A DNA stretch of 64,000 nt, from NCBI GenBank assembly GCA_951406725.2, contig OX597819.1, positions 84,630,001 to 84,694,000 on the forward strand, read 5' to 3'. This DNA is from Octopus vulgaris. Lineage: Eukaryota. Each line of letters begins with the position of its first letter. Position 1 is the first letter of the stretch. Both the position numbers and the translations under genes were made by a program. The notes beneath the pieces were generated by a model. That model was not told where the DNA came from. It saw only the letters and a program-made list of their open reading frames with translations, and did no database searches. Of this stretch, positions 12,727 through 27,526 are shown one piece after another.

Positions 12727-13918
12727 AGATCACTGACAGTGGCTCATGGGTGGACGTTGTCTACCTTGACTTTGCTAAGGCTTTCAACTCTGTGCCACAC
12801 AAAAGGCTTATGGTGAAACTCTCTGCAATGGGTGTGAGGGATGACCTTTTTAACTGGTTGAAATCCTTCATTCTCAGCCGAAAGGAGGTAGTCACAGTTC
12901 TAGGACAGCATTCTACACCATATGAGATGTCATCGGGTGTACCACAGGGATCTGTCCTTGGTCCCCTCTTGTTTGTGGCATACATTAATGACATAGATGC
13001 CAATTTAAAGAATGCCACAGTATTGAAATATGCAGACGACATCAAGCTGTACCTTGAAATCAAGAGGACAGATCCTGATGTCTACAACTCTTTCCTGCAA
13101 TCAGACCTAGACACAATGCAGCAATGGATCACAGACTGGCAACTGAAACTGGCTGTGGACAAGTGTACCACGATGCATTTTGGGAGAAAAAACCCTGCGT
13201 CCACATACTCCCTCCACAACACTGATATCAAGAAATCCTCCTGCGAGCGTGACCTAGGCATCACTGTCAGCAGTGATTTGCATTGGACAAAGCATATCTC
13301 TAAAATTGTCAAGAAGGCCGAGGGTGTCTTGGCATCACTCAGCAAGACTTTTGTTAGCCGCTCTCCAGCCATCTATTTAAAACTGTATACAGCTATGGTA
13401 CGACCACACTTGGAATTCGCATCATCAGTTTGGAACCCCTATCTTGCTCAGAACATTGACCTCCTGGAATCTGTCCAGAGACGTGCAACCAAACGCATAC
13501 CCTCCATCAGACACCGACCATATTCTGAGCGCCTTGTTTCCCTGGGCATGGATTCACTGAAGCTCCGGCGTCTGGCGACGGACTTGGTAAACACCCACAA
13601 AGTTATCAACCACCTCACCAACAACAACACTGAACACCTTTTTGATCTCCATGTGTCTAACACATGTGGACATGCCTACAAAGTCAGAAAACAACACAGC
13701 TCCCATGACTTTCGGAAACATTTTTTCACGCTCAGAGTTGCTGAAGCATGGAATAAACTGCCTGCGTCAGTTGTTGACTGCCATGACACTGCATCCTTTA
13801 AGGCCCTCATGCTTTCCGAAATCCGCTGAAACTACACCTGATTATATATACACTTTAGATGAGTTGTAGTGCACCTGAGCACTGTACACAATTATTATTA
13901 TCATTATTATTATTAATT
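12727..13918 (+). mobile_element. 5'-truncated, little-decayed CR1/L2-group LINE (RT domain, 3' end, (TTA)n tail)
   Basis: Uninterrupted 359-aa ORF 12750..13829 with YLDFAKAF, SGVPQGSVLGPLLF, YADD, RPHLEFASSVWNPY; followed by a short 3' region and TTA repeats. Confidence 0.92.
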
Positions 13919-14099
13919 CTACTGTGAGATATACAAGTGCAATTTTTCCTGACTTATGGACTCTTAGATGGATTACATGCACACACAGACACTCCCACAC
14001 CCTGTAGAGTATGTTGTAATAGTTCATCCATGTCTTGTGCCATATAGTTGTGTTTCCTGGTGGTGTACTCTACATAGTCATCAAAAACTCACCATGGGG

Positions 14100-14790
14100 A
14101 TTATACATTTTATACATCTGTATGACCTAGGATATTCAACAAAGAATATCCCAGCTCTATCAAATGAGTTCTATACAAGGCTGCTGCTGGAGATGATTGG
14201 CTTCGTCAGGTGAATGAGATGGACTTTAACTTTGACCAACCCAAACCATCTACGGAAATTGAATGCTTTGGGCTGAAATCCAGGAAGTTCCTACCTAAGA
14301 TCAAGTAACTGGAAGCCTTTGAGAATGACTTCTTGGACTGCCTGAGATTCTGTAAGTCCTCAAACACTTTCCAACGTAAACTTAGAGCAGACATCTATAG
14401 ACTTAGATCGCACCACCCTTCTCTTTATGTATTAAAACTTGAGTAGGTAAGATTTTCCTTAGCTTAGTAGACACGCACTTCCTTTGTACAAACAGATTCA
14501 GCAAAATATTTGATAGGCACACCCTAAGAATTTCCTTTAGCTGAGTACCCAATGTAAAAAAAGATTTTAGTAAGTAGGCACACACCTGAACAGGCAGAAT
14601 GCTCATGTAGGTGTAACACAACATGTCCATTGAATGGCCACTGTACTACAGAGACCATCATATATGAGGCAGAGGTAACAGCAATAGGACCAAATGTGTG
14701 AAAGTACATAGGAGCAACTGAAGGCCCCTTCAGCACCTGCTATAACAACCAGAAGTCCTCTTTTAACATCCAGGAGAGACAAAATGGATA
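14100..14790 (+). mobile_element. Internally deleted Penelope-like element
   Basis: N-terminal LGYSTKNIP...MRW; linker PPFS..IKT.VGKIFL.L...HF...KIFDR; GIY-YIG CPLNGHC...IIYEAEV...KYIGATEGPF; with stops and frameshifts. Confidence 0.8.
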
Positions 14791-15291
14791 CATAATACCG
14801 TAAACCTCGATTAATATATATACTTTTCTACTCTAGGTATGAGGCCCGAAATTTTGGGAGAGGTGGGGGTGGGCTAGTCGATTAGATCGACCACAGTATG
14901 CAACTGGTACTTAATTTATTGACAGCAAAAGGGTGAAAGACAAAGTCAACCTGGACAGAATTTGAACTCAGGACATAAAGACAGACGAAATACCACTTAG
15001 CATTTTGCCTGGCATGCTAATGTTTCTTATTTTATATTTTTTACTGCCCACAAAGGGCTACACACAGAGGGGACAAACAAGGACAGACAAACGGATTAAG
15101 TCGATTATATCGACCCCAGTGCATAACTGGTACTTGTTTAATCGACTCCTAAAGGATGAAAGGCAAAGTCAACCACGGCAGAATTTGAACTCAGAACGTA
15201 GTGGCAGACGAAATATCGCTAAGCATTTTGCCCAGCATGCTAATGTTTCTGCCAGCTTTCCGCGTTTCATTAATATATATGTATGTATATG

Positions 15292-15342
<51 letters not shown>

Positions 15343-15779
15343 TCACCATCATCATCAGTAAACATTTGCTTTCTATGCTAGCATGGATTGGCCAGTTTGA
15401 GGGGAGCTGACCAAATGAAAAGCTGCCCGGGTTCCATGTCTGTTTTGGCATGGTTTCTAGGGCTGGATGCCCTTCCTAATGCCAACCATTTTATAGAGTG
15501 TACTGGATGCTTTTACGCAGCACTAGTGCAGATGCCTTTACATGGCACCAGCATGGGCACATTTTACATGGAACCGGCACCCATGAGCCCTCAAGATTAG
15601 GATCGCTCAGATGAAAAAGGGATGTAAGGGACATGTTTGTATGCAAGGACAGCCATGATTTTGCTCAGCTTGATGTATTTTCTCAAGCACTGCAAGCCGC
15701 CAGAAGTCTCAGTCCCCAGTGAGGCCAAGCGGCTGAAGTTCCTTTCTCACCACTTTATCCCACGTCTTCCTGGTTTATT

Positions 15780-15865
15780 TATAAGTATGTATGTGTGTGT
15801 ATATACATATGAGTGTGTGTGTGTGTGTGTGTATGTATAAATATTTGTTTATATATATATATATT

Positions 15866-15923
<58 letters not shown>

Positions 15924-15951
15924 TATACATACATATATACATGTGTGTAGA

Positions 15952-16000
<49 letters not shown>

Positions 16001-16150
16001 GTATATAAACATATATATATATATATATATTATGTATATAAACATACTCATATACATATGTGTAGATATGTGTGTGAGAATATATATATATATGTATATA
16101 TATGTATATATATATGTATATATATATGTATATATATATGTGTATATATA

Positions 16151-16182
<32 letters not shown>

Positions 16183-16195
16183 CGTACGTATGTAC

Positions 16196-16226
<31 letters not shown>

Positions 16227-16290
16227 TGTATGTATGTATGTATGTATGTATGTATGTATGTATGCATGCATGTATGTATATGTAAGTATG
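15780..16290. repeat. Compound microsatellite (TG/TA/TATG)n
   Basis: Direct inspection; one of many such tracts (e.g. 25630-26115, 26830-27115, 33361-33458, 63573-63780). Confidence 0.95.
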
Positions 16291-17987
16291 TATTTATTTA
16301 TCTGCATGATGACATGTGTGTTTGAGTACTTGTATTTGTTAATGTTAGTATTTGTTATCGTAAATGATCCTGTTCTAATGTTTGCCAGTAACTACGTCTT
16401 ATCTACTTGACATTCTGCTCCTCCACACTATAATTTCCCTGTTCATCCCTATCCTTCTTCCTCCCTATCTTCCTCAATAGCTTTATATCTTGTTATTTTT
16501 GTTCCCTCTGTTGTCCTCACAAGCTTTATCATCACCATCAAGTTAACAGAAATAATTCAATGTTGCCTTCTTTGTTGATAGGTTTATAACATTACTACAT
16601 CATCATCATCATCATCATTGTTTAACGTCCGCTTTCCATGCTAGCATGGGTTGGACGGTTCAACTGGGGTCTGGCAAGCTCGAAGGCTGCACTAGGCCAG
16701 TCAGATCTGGCAGTGTTTCTACAGCTGGATGCCCTTCCTAACGCCAACCACTCCGAGAGTGTAGTGGGTGATTTTATGTGCCACCGACACAGGTGCCAGA
16801 CGAGGCTGGCAGATGGCAACGCTCGGATGGTGTTTTTATGTGCCACCGACACAGGTGCCAGACGAGGCTGGCAGACGGCCACGCTCGGATGGTGTTTTCT
16901 TATGTGCCACCGACACTTCTTTACTACCCACAAGGGGCTAAACACAGAGGGGACAAACAAGGACAGACAAACGGATTAAGTTGATTACATTGACCCCAGT
17001 GCGTAACTGGTACTTAATTTATCGACCCCAAAAGGATGAAAGGCAAAGTTGACCTCGGCGGAAATAGAACTCAGAACGTAACGGCAGACGAAATACGGCT
17101 ACGCATTTCGCCCAGCGTGCTAACGTTTCTGCCAGCTCGCCGCTTATATTATATATGGCTATGTTTCAGTACACATTCTCTCATTGCCAAAATGAGAGGG
17201 TCGTCACAAAATTCATATATTGATATTTTCTCTGAACTCTTTATTCTTTTACTCTTTTACTTGTTTCAGTCATTTGACAAGCCATGCTGGAGCACTGCAT
17301 TCAGTCGAACAAACTGACCCCAGGACTTATTCTTTGTAAGCCTAGTACTTATTCTATTGGTTTCTTAAACACACCAACATCAGTTGTCAAGTGATGGTGG
17401 GGGAACAAACACAGACACACAAACACACACACACTCACACAAACACATACAACAGGCTTCTTTCAGTTTCCATCTACTAAATCTACTCACAAGGCTTTGG
17501 TCGGCGTGAGGCTATAGTAGAAGACACTTGCCCAAGGTCCACTCAGTGGGACTGAACCCAGAGCCATTTGGTTGAGAAGCAAGCTTCTTATCACATAGCC
17601 ACACCTGTGCCAAATTTTTAATTTTTAAGTTTTAATTCACCTGAAAAAAATTGTGTTTTCATGACGTAATCAGCGTTTTCATCAATAAAAACATATGTAA
17701 AACAGTTATAGTGAAATTCAACCCATTTGTGTTCTTTCTTTCTTTCTTTTTTTCTTCCTCTATACAAGGTGTTCACTCCACAATTTATAAGATGGTATAA
17801 GACTACAAAGGAATGTATTAGACTTTACAAGACTTTAAAAAAATTTATAAGAGGTATTGAAAGTGTTGTCCTTCATTTTCAATACATAAGTCAACTCTTC
17901 TAAACATGTTTTGAAATATATCTTGGAGAAAAACTGTTTGTTGTCCACACCGCCTATTTTGTCTTTTGTCTTTTTTTTGTGAATTCC

Positions 17988-18029
<42 letters not shown>

Positions 18030-18146
18030 CTATATCGCACGTTCCGATGACCTCTACTCAACTTCCGACGTCTAGACTTCTCCCTCTATATCTACATATT
18101 AGGCTAGCCTACTTCATCGTCTGGGGGCGTCCATACAACATATACA

Positions 18147-18218
<72 letters not shown>

Positions 18219-18385
18219 CAAATTGAGATAGGGGTTGTGAGTGCAACCCACCATGGGATAACATATATCCAATATACTGCCAGTAAAGCACCCAACAAAG
18301 TTAATACATAAATGTTAAGAATTGCGATGCAATTAATTCATTTATTGTATTATATGGGCGAAGGTAAAATGTTTTACCACAAATT

Positions 18386-18778
18386 CATAATACAAAATAA
18401 GAAAATGGAGAAATACACTTTAATCAATAATCAACTACCAGATAATACCCATTCATATAATTTATTTACCAACTACATATGAACATCAAGGTCAAACATA
18501 ATAGTACAGAACAAAGCAGTGCACATCAATGAGTAATGATATAATAAGTACAATATGTATAAATAAATATAAATAAATATTTATATTTATATTTATTCAT
18601 ATTTATTTATACATATTGTACTTATTGTATCATATTACTCATTGATGTGCACTGCTTTGTTCTGTACTATTATGTTTGACTTTGATGTTCATATGTAGTT
18701 GGTTAATAAATTATGTGAATGGGTATTATCTGGTAGTTGATTATTGATTAAGGTGTATTTCTCCATTTTCTTATTTTG

Positions 18779-18784
<6 letters not shown>
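18386..18784. repeat. Long palindrome, ~200-bp arms, abutting (TA)n
   Basis: ataatacaaaataagaaaatggagaaatacac... mirrored by ...gtgtatttctccattttcttattttgtattat; centre near 18585. Confidence 0.95.
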
Positions 18785-18847
<63 letters not shown>

Positions 18848-18939
18848 TATATACATATATACATACATGTATATATATATATAAAAAACTTGGAGAAGAG
18901 AAATAGAGAAATAACGCGTGCGTTCGGTCATATAGTAAT

Positions 18940-19415
18940 ATAATAAATAAATAAAATATAAGCATATATACATACATATATGTACATACTTACATCTACA
19001 TGTATATACATGCATACATATATATATATGAGTACAGGACACCACAAATAAACGTAGAACACAACGAGAGACGAGAACATAAAATCAAACAAGGAAACGG
19101 ACTTTTTTTAAACAACGAAAAAACAGAGTACAGGACAAACAATACAAGGAAAATTCCTTGTGTTTCGAAACACACTTTGAGTCGAACCAGGGACAGCTGA
19201 TGAAGGGGAATTTTCCTTGTATTGTTTGTCCTGTACTCTGTTTTTTCGTTGTTTAAAAAAAGTCTGTTTCCTTGTTTGATTTTATGTTCTCATCTCTCGT
19301 TGTGTTCTACATTTATTTGTGGTGTCCTGTACTCATATATATATATATATGTATGCATGTATATATACATGTAGATGTAAGTATGTACATATATGCATAT
19401 ATTTTATTTATTCAT

Positions 19416-19420
<5 letters not shown>
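18940..19420. repeat. Fold-back inverted repeat, ~215-bp arms, ~50-nt loop
   Basis: Arms ~18940-19157 and ~19206-19420; the loop contains gtttcgaaac and ctgatgaag. Confidence 0.93.
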
Positions 19421-19446
<26 letters not shown>

Positions 19447-20499
19447 AGAATTATTATTATGTATCCAAAATTAGGGAATGGATTAGATAAAATCCATGCT
19501 ATATATGTTTCACAGCTAGCAGAACCTCAGAAGTAATAGTTACCCAAACAAGTGGTAATTCACTAGCTACTCATCAGGCCGAAGATACCTTAATCAAATG
19601 AAGGTTACATTGTCAAGGGATCCCATGTTAACTTGCAGGACATTTGATCCAAAATGTATGGAAAGCTCAGTGAGTGAATAAAAGGGAAAATATATTTGTG
19701 GAGAAATAATATATGGGAGTGGGTAAATGTCTAAATTTGTTAAGGAAAAGAATAAGAATGTGAATAAAGAAAAAGAGAAAGGGAAGAGTGAGGTGGGGGG
19801 GGGATTTGGTATTATTGAAGCTGGATAGGAGAATGTCTTTGTGAATTTAAGCTGGGTCTACTGTAGAATAAATAAGTACATTATTTACATTTATTTACAT
19901 TTGATGGATATTTGTCTTCATCTTGTTTGTTGCTAACACAACATTTCAGCTGATATTCACTCCATCCTTCATCAGGTATCTTGAAGAAATTTCGAACCTG
20001 GGTTCTCATTCCTAAGGTATTTTTCGTTGTTGTTATTGTTGTTGTTGATATGGCATTAGTGGATGAAACACAAAGGGGTGTTTTTTTCTTTTTACCAGTA
20101 TGAAGGTCAAGTAAGTTGTGTGGGCATTTCTGTGTGTATTTGGTGAGGCGGAGTAGAAGGTGATGGGAATAGAGGAAGGAGTGGTAGTAGCATAGGGATG
20201 GAGGTGTGTGTGGTGGTGTTGGATTTATCTTGTTATTTATTTTGCTATTCATTCAGCAGATTTTTAAGGATGAGTAGTACATTTTTTTTGTTTGATTTCA
20301 TTTAAGGCATGACTATCTTCAATAATTCTGAACTCAACAGGGGTCAAGTACTGCTGCTATACAGTGGGGGTTGTTGTCTGAATTGATAAATGCTCCTTTC
20401 TTATGGCGACCTCTTTATTGTGTTTGTTGGTATAATGTATAAGCATTTAAAATATTGGTTGGTTTATATATTTCTTCGAGTTCCTTCACTTTTCTATAA

Positions 20500-21300
20500 T
20501 GTGTTATTTCCTTTCAAAATATTTTACTTTTCAAACTCCATGAATGATGTTTTTGCTCCTATGTTTACATGAAATGATATTCTCAGAGTGCCCATTTATC
20601 ACGTTTTCCATGGATGTGATTATTTCCAGGGTTTCTTTTAGGCATAGGTTGCATACTTCTGAAGTTCCATCATATGGTGCAGTATTTTTTATAGTGGACC
20701 AGTTGGTCATATGTTTCATTCGATTCTGTTTTAGTCTCCAGATGAAGTTCAACAGAGATGGGAAGTGACTTTTATTTATATTCGAAAACGACGAGAGATG
20801 GTTTCTTGGATGGTTTTTCATGGTGTCTCTGGTGCCACTAATGTACACATATTTCTGCGTATCTGTCTTCATCACTCATTTGTACACTACATTCTTTATC
20901 ATGCATTTCTTGTTAAAATTGCATTCCCCTTTATGTCTGCAGTTACACATGATATTATTTTTTTCTTTCTTTCTATGAAGTTACTATTAGTGGTCCTCTT
21001 TCTTTTTCCTCCTGTAATTATGCACTCATTTTCCTTATGCATGGATTGCACCTTTAATTGTTTGATGTTGTTTGGGTCCGTTTTTGCTATGGATAAGTTT
21101 TTATTACCCTTATTTTCCATCACTTTATCCTCGTATACAGTGTTATTTGCTGGTATTCAAAAATTTTCCCAAGGACATAATGAGGAATGCTTGTGCCAGG
21201 TTCTGGAGCCTTCTTGAAGCTATAGTGGAAGCTGAAAGCAGCTACTTTGAGTAAATTGTTATCTCCCAGCCATAATCTAGTTGATAATTTTTTAGTTTTT
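20500..21300 (-). mobile_element. Penelope-like element remnant (GIY-YIG region)
   Basis: YVYISGTRDTMK..RNHLSSF...LLNFIWRLK...W.TIK...Y...CNLCLKE...N..SE..ISCKH (ORF 20531..20875). Confidence 0.75.
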
Positions 21301-23004
21301 AAAATACTTTTACTATTGAATAAAATATATTGTATTAGTTTTCCTTTTATGTAAACTGTTAAATTTAACCCAAACACCCTCTATGTATTCATATACACAC
21401 GTATATGTGTATATGTATGTATGTATGTATGTATGCATGCATGCGTGAGTGTGTGTGTGTGTGTGAGGAACTGCTTGTGTGTTATATTAAAGACACAACT
21501 ATGTCCCACTGTTTTTCTTTTTTATTACTGGCTTTTCATGTTTCATATAAGTTTCTTTCACATATTTTTGGAACAATGAAGTTATTAAATCCATAAAATA
21601 ATAAAGATAGAATGAAAAAAAATTATAAACAGATAATAAATAAAAAATAACTTAAAAAGGCATTACACAATTTAAAAGATAAAAGCCACATAAAAGTTTG
21701 TAAGTGTGATAAAAGTAAAGTTTGTCATCAGGGTTAGAAACAAATGTAATGCAAAAATTAATAATTTACAAAGAGACAAAAATATATTCACTAAAAGCAA
21801 GAAATTCACAAATTAACTACAAGTAAAATTAAATTTATTTCACCATAGGTGCAGGCGTGGCTATGTGGTAAGAAGCTTGCTTCCCAACCACATGGTTCTG
21901 GGTTTAGTTCCATTGCATGGCACCTTGGGTAAGTGTCTTCTGCTATAGCCTCAGAGCAACCAAAGTCTTGTGAGTGGATTTGGTAGATGGAAACTGTAAA
22001 AAGCCTACCATGTGTGTGTGTGTGTGTGTGCGTCTTTGTGTCTGTGCTTGTCCCCACATCCCCGTTTGACAACTGGTGTTGATGTGTTTATGTCCTTGTA
22101 ACTTAGTGGTTCAGAGAATGAGATTGGTAGAATAAGTACTAGGCTTAAAAAATAAGTCCTAAGGTCAATGTGTTTGACTAAAATCCTTCAAGGTGGTGCT
22201 CCAGCATGTCTGCAATCAAATGACTGAAACAAGCGAAAGAATAAAAGAATATGTGCACAATAGGCTCCCTTGACCTCGACTTTCCATTCTTTGAAGGAAT
22301 ATATATATATATATGGCACAGAAAAAGATGTAGAAACAAACCAATGCTCTCAGGCCCATAATATCACAAATAAATACATCTGCTTATTTAATCACCAAAC
22401 AAATAAACAATATTATCAGAGAATACATACAAGAGAAATATAATATAAGGAATATTTGCAGATTTTAAAAGAAAACAATACAGAAGTTAACATCTCCACC
22501 TTAAGTGTAGAAAATTTGTTCACTGGCAGAAATGATAGAAATCATAATGGAGAATGTATATAAACATTCAAAACCAAAACCAGCTGCAGTACCAACAAAC
22601 TTATTAAAAAACTATTCATGATAGACACAGGTGTGGCACTTTGGTAAGAAGCTTGCTTTCTAACCACTGCAGTCCCACTGTATGGCACCTTCTACTATAG
22701 CCTTGGGCTAACCAAAGCTTTGTGAGTAGATTTGGTAGACAGAAACTGAAAGAAGCCTGCTGTGTATATATGTGTGTCTGTGTTTGTCCCCCACCACTGC
22801 TCGACAACTAGTGTTAGTTTGTTTACGTCCTCCATAACATAGCAGTTTGACAAAAAAAATGACTGATAGAATAAGTACAAGGCTTAAAATAAAAATAAAT
22901 ATTGGGGTCAATTTATTTGACTAAAGCCTATTCGAGCCAATACCTCAGAATGAGCGTTGTCTAATGACTGAAACAAGTAAGAGATAAAAGATAAAAGAAA
23001 ATGA

Positions 23005-23165
23005 TGTGTACAAATGAAATACTTCTTCACTGCCCATATTGTAATTTGTACAAATAGATGGAGTAGCCATGGGTTCCCCCTTATGACCTGCATTTGCAGC
23101 ATCTGCTGATTTACAACCAAGAACAGAATACTACCATAGCATAAACATGTAATATACTTCAGATT
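23005..23165 (+). mobile_element. Penelope-like RT fragment
   Basis: Hand translation gives QIDGVAMGSPL*PAFA, a PLE RT motif. Confidence 0.7.
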
Positions 23166-24451
23166 CATAGATTATAAACTAATTGTAATGGATACACTCA
23201 ACTGGTACTTATTTTATAGAATCCGAAAGATGAAAACCAGAGTCAGCCTCTGCAGAATTTGAAAATATTTCCTTTAATACTGATATGAAACAATATGTAT
23301 ACCTATAGGTGTGTATGTGTAAGCATATGTGTTTGTATGCTTGTATATTTATGTATATGATATATGTATACATGTGTGTATGGTTCAATAGGTCCATGGT
23401 TTTGAGAAGTGTGGAACCACCTCTTAGACACTATTTTTCCCAGGTTGACTCTGACCCAGAATAATACCACCTATTAGGTCCCAGCTATGGGTTAACTATG
23501 AGCAATGGGATGTAGAAATACTTGGATACTCTTTACTCTTTTACTTGTCTCAGTCATTTGACTGCGGCCATGCTAGAGCACTGCTTCTAGTCGAGCTAAT
23601 CGACCCCAGGACTTATTCTTTGTAAGCCTAGTACTTATTATATCAGTCTTTTTTGCCAAACTACTAAGTTACAGGGACGTAAACACACCAGCATCGGTTG
23701 TCAAGTGATGTTGGAGGACAAACACAGACACACAAACACACACACATATATACATATACATATATACGAGAGGCTTCTTTCAGTTTCTGTCTACCAAATC
23801 CATTCACAAGGTTTTGGTCAGCCCAAGACTATAGTAGAAGACACTTGCCCAAGGTGCCATGCAGTGGGACTGAACCCGGAACCATGTGGTTGGTAAGCAA
23901 GCTACTTACTACACAGCCACTACTGTACCTATGTAGAAATACTTGGTAGTGAGGGACCCCTTGTCTTCATTAAGGCATCCCTCTTGAAGAAGGCTAACAC
24001 TTTGTTTGTCTCTGGACTTTTAGATATTGCTGGTGAGAGTTGTGGTGTTGTACACGAGTATAGCTGATATTTAGCTGTCAGCAATGGTCATGCTTGCCAT
24101 CATGTATGTATGAATGTATGTATGCATACATTTGTGTATGTATGTATGTATGTATGTATGTATGTATGTGTGTATGTATGTATGTGCATGCCTGTGTATG
24201 TATGTATACATGTATATAAGTATGTATGTGTGCATCAGTGTGTGTGTCATTTTAAAACACATGTCAAAGTGACACTATAGTTTTAAGAGGAAAGAAAGTA
24301 GTACAATATGTTGTCATACTTGACAGCAAGTCAACAGCCACCATATATGCATGTATATATGTTTATATGCATGTATGTATGAATGTTTCCATGTATGTAA
24401 GCCTGATGCTCGAACCACTGAGCCATGCCTCCTTTACATACGTATGTGTGA

Positions 24452-24486
<35 letters not shown>

Positions 24487-25088
24487 CATACAGGCGCATG
24501 GCTTAGTGGTTAGGGCATTCAGCTCATGATTGTAAGGTCATCAGTTCAATTCCTGGGGTGTTGTGCCCTTGAGCAAGAAACTTTATTTCCCGTTGCTCCA
24601 GACCACTCAGCTGGCAAAAATGAGTTGTACCTGTATTTCAAATGGCCAGCCTTGTCACACCCTGTGTCATGCTGAATCTCCCTGAGAACTACATTAGGGG
24701 TACACGTGGCTGTGGATTGCTCCGTCACTTACACGCTAATTTTACGAGCAAGCTGTTCCGGTGATCCTATCAGCTGGGACCTTCATCATCATAACCAATG
24801 GAGTGCTCCTATATATATGTATGTATGTATAAAGGGTGACGTACTGGGAGAACCATTAACATGCTGGGTGAAATGCCTAGTGGTATTTCGTCTGCTGTTA
24901 CATTCTGAGTTCAAATACCACTGAGGTTGACTTTGCCTTTCATCCCTTCAGAGTCAATTCAATAAGTACTGAGGTCAATATAATCAACTCAATCCCTTTG
25001 TCTGTCATTGTTTGTCCCCCATATGTTTAGTCCCCTGGAAGCAATAAAGAAATATATATGTGTATAGAGTGTTAGGTGTGTGTGTGTG

Positions 25089-25139
<51 letters not shown>

Positions 25140-25435
25140 TCATCATCATCATTTCGCATCTGCATTCCATGCTGGCATGGGTTGGATGGTTAGACTAGAA
25201 CTGGTAAGCCAGAGAGCTGTACCAAGTTCCAGTCTGATTTGGCTTGATTTCCATAGCTGAATGCCCTTCCTAATGTCAGCCACTCCAAGAGTGCAGTGGG
25301 TACCTTTTACATTTACTGGCATGGGTGCTTTCTATGTGTGTTACCAGCATGGGTGCCTTTTACATGCCACCAGTACCAGCCATGACTACGATTACACTTG
25401 GCTTGACGGGTCTTCTCAAGTACACCCACGTATGT

Positions 25436-25473
<38 letters not shown>

Positions 25474-25718
25474 ATGTGTGTGTGTGTATTTACAATTAGC
25501 TTCACTTAGTTTCCATCTACCCAACCAACTTACAAGACATTGGTTGGCCTAGGGCTACAGTAAAAACACTTGCTCAAGGTGCCACTCAGTGGGACTGAAG
25601 TGGGAACTTCTTATCATATAGCCATGTCTATGCATGTATGTATGCATATGTATGTATGTACATACAGATGCATGCATTTATATATTTCTGTATGTATACT
25701 TCTGTATATGTGTGTGTG

Positions 25719-25749
<31 letters not shown>

Positions 25750-26017
25750 TTTGTGGTGGGTGTGCGTATATTTATATATATATATATATATAATGTACAT
25801 GTATACATACGTATATATATATATACACACACAGACACACACATATATACATATACACATATATATGTGTGTATGTGTATGTGTGTATATATACATATGA
25901 ATATATGTGTGAGTAAATATATATATATATATATTTACACACATACATATTTATACACATACATACATATGATAATGGATTCTGTTGTCATGAACGACAA
26001 ATGAAAGCTCAGTAAAA

Positions 26018-26065
<48 letters not shown>

Positions 26066-26318
26066 GATTATCATGATTATATATACATATACTATATATA
26101 TATATATATATATCCATATGTCAATGCATGTAACTGTCTAATGTCACAAATATATTAAAATGAATTATTTGAAGAGTCAATGAAAGATAAATAAAAATCA
26201 ATTAGATGCAACTATGAATGATAGTGAAATAAAATAATTCTTCTAACCTTCGGTAATAAGCAGACTAGAAGAGCCAAGCAGGTTTGGTACATTAACCATG
26301 TTGCTTCTTTGGTCATAC

Positions 26319-26430
26319 TTTCAGTGTTTTTTGTGTGGTGGCAATTTTTTTCTTGTGACTGGCTAAAGAAATACTTGAAGCATTTGAAGTAATTGTAATG
26401 GTAATAAAGAGTTTTGCTGTAACCCACATT
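26319..26430 (-). CDS. Candidate upstream exon of the unidentified gene (alternative reading 26248-26430)
   Basis: Acceptor tctccttaag|. Two readings: MWVTAKLFITITITSN...QKTLK with donor AAA|gtatga, or NVGYSK...VCLLPK with donor AAG|gttaga. Both end in phase 0, compatible with exon 4143-4593. Confidence 0.35.
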
Positions 26431-26445
26431 CTTAAGGAGATCTTA

Positions 26446-26472
26446 TAATGATAATGATAATACTAATACTAC

Positions 26473-26570
<98 letters not shown>
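26446..26570. repeat. (TAA)n trinucleotide microsatellite
   Basis: Long near-perfect taa run. Confidence 0.95.
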
Positions 26571-27061
26571 TACAACTACAATAAAGTAAAATTAAATAAT
26601 GAAAGGAGAGAAGAGGATGAGGAGTGTAATAATAATAATAATGTAATGGTGATAATAATAATAACAATAATAATAATAATAATGGCAAAGAGGCTACTTT
26701 TCTATTTATGCCACTCTGTATTTCTGTATGACGATAGAAAAAGCAAAAACAGGAAGTTACGTTCAATTGCCCTCTTGTCTTTGGGATGTGAACTCGGTCA
26801 TTTAATACATTTCTGCACCACCTACTCATATATATATACATACATGCATGCATATATACGTACATGCATACATATATATATATATATGTACATAATATAT
26901 ATATATAAATACACACACACACACATATATATATTTAAATTACATACATGTATGTACACATAGTACTTATACACACACACACACACATATATATGCACAA
27001 ATATATATATATGCATGTATATATGTATCTCACTCTCTCTTTCTGTGTGTGTGTGTGTGTG

Positions 27062-27121
<60 letters not shown>

Positions 27122-27274
27122 AAGAGAATTCATGTACAAACATCAAAAGTATATCTATCGTAATTAAGAGCTTAGTTAACAACAGGTCATTATACCCTAA
27201 CATGTAGTAAATCTAAGTAGGGCCAACTGGTATATAGGTATGTCTGTGATTATTATAATCTTTAAGAGCAGTAT

Positions 27275-27526
27275 AGTTAGCATAAGAGAAGAATGGCATG
27301 AAATTCACATACTTTATTGTGCTCAATGGCTGTTTCATTAAGATAAACATCATTAAATGTTTAGTTACATAATTGTGATACATAATATATTAAATTAAAC
27401 TAATTAATTATGTATCCCAATTATGTAATTATACATTTAATGATGTTCATCTTAATGAAACAGCTGTTGAGCACAATAAATTATAAACTATATGTAAAAC
27501 TTATACTTCTCTCCTTTTATGCTAAA

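Noticed and set aside
15779-16410. Long ORFs rich in YI/HT/CV/MY (also at 11043-11568, 25570-26117, 26822-27163, 33244-33729, 61887-62304, 63496-63826)
   Set aside because: Translations of dinucleotide and tetranucleotide microsatellites; not genes.
16622-16984. Recurrent ORFs containing LDALPNANH or WMPFLTPT
   Set aside because: Conceptual translations of the non-coding repeat family C, present in many copies.
26443-26963. Poly-Leu and poly-Ile ORFs that look like transmembrane proteins
   Set aside because: Product of a (TAA)n microsatellite.
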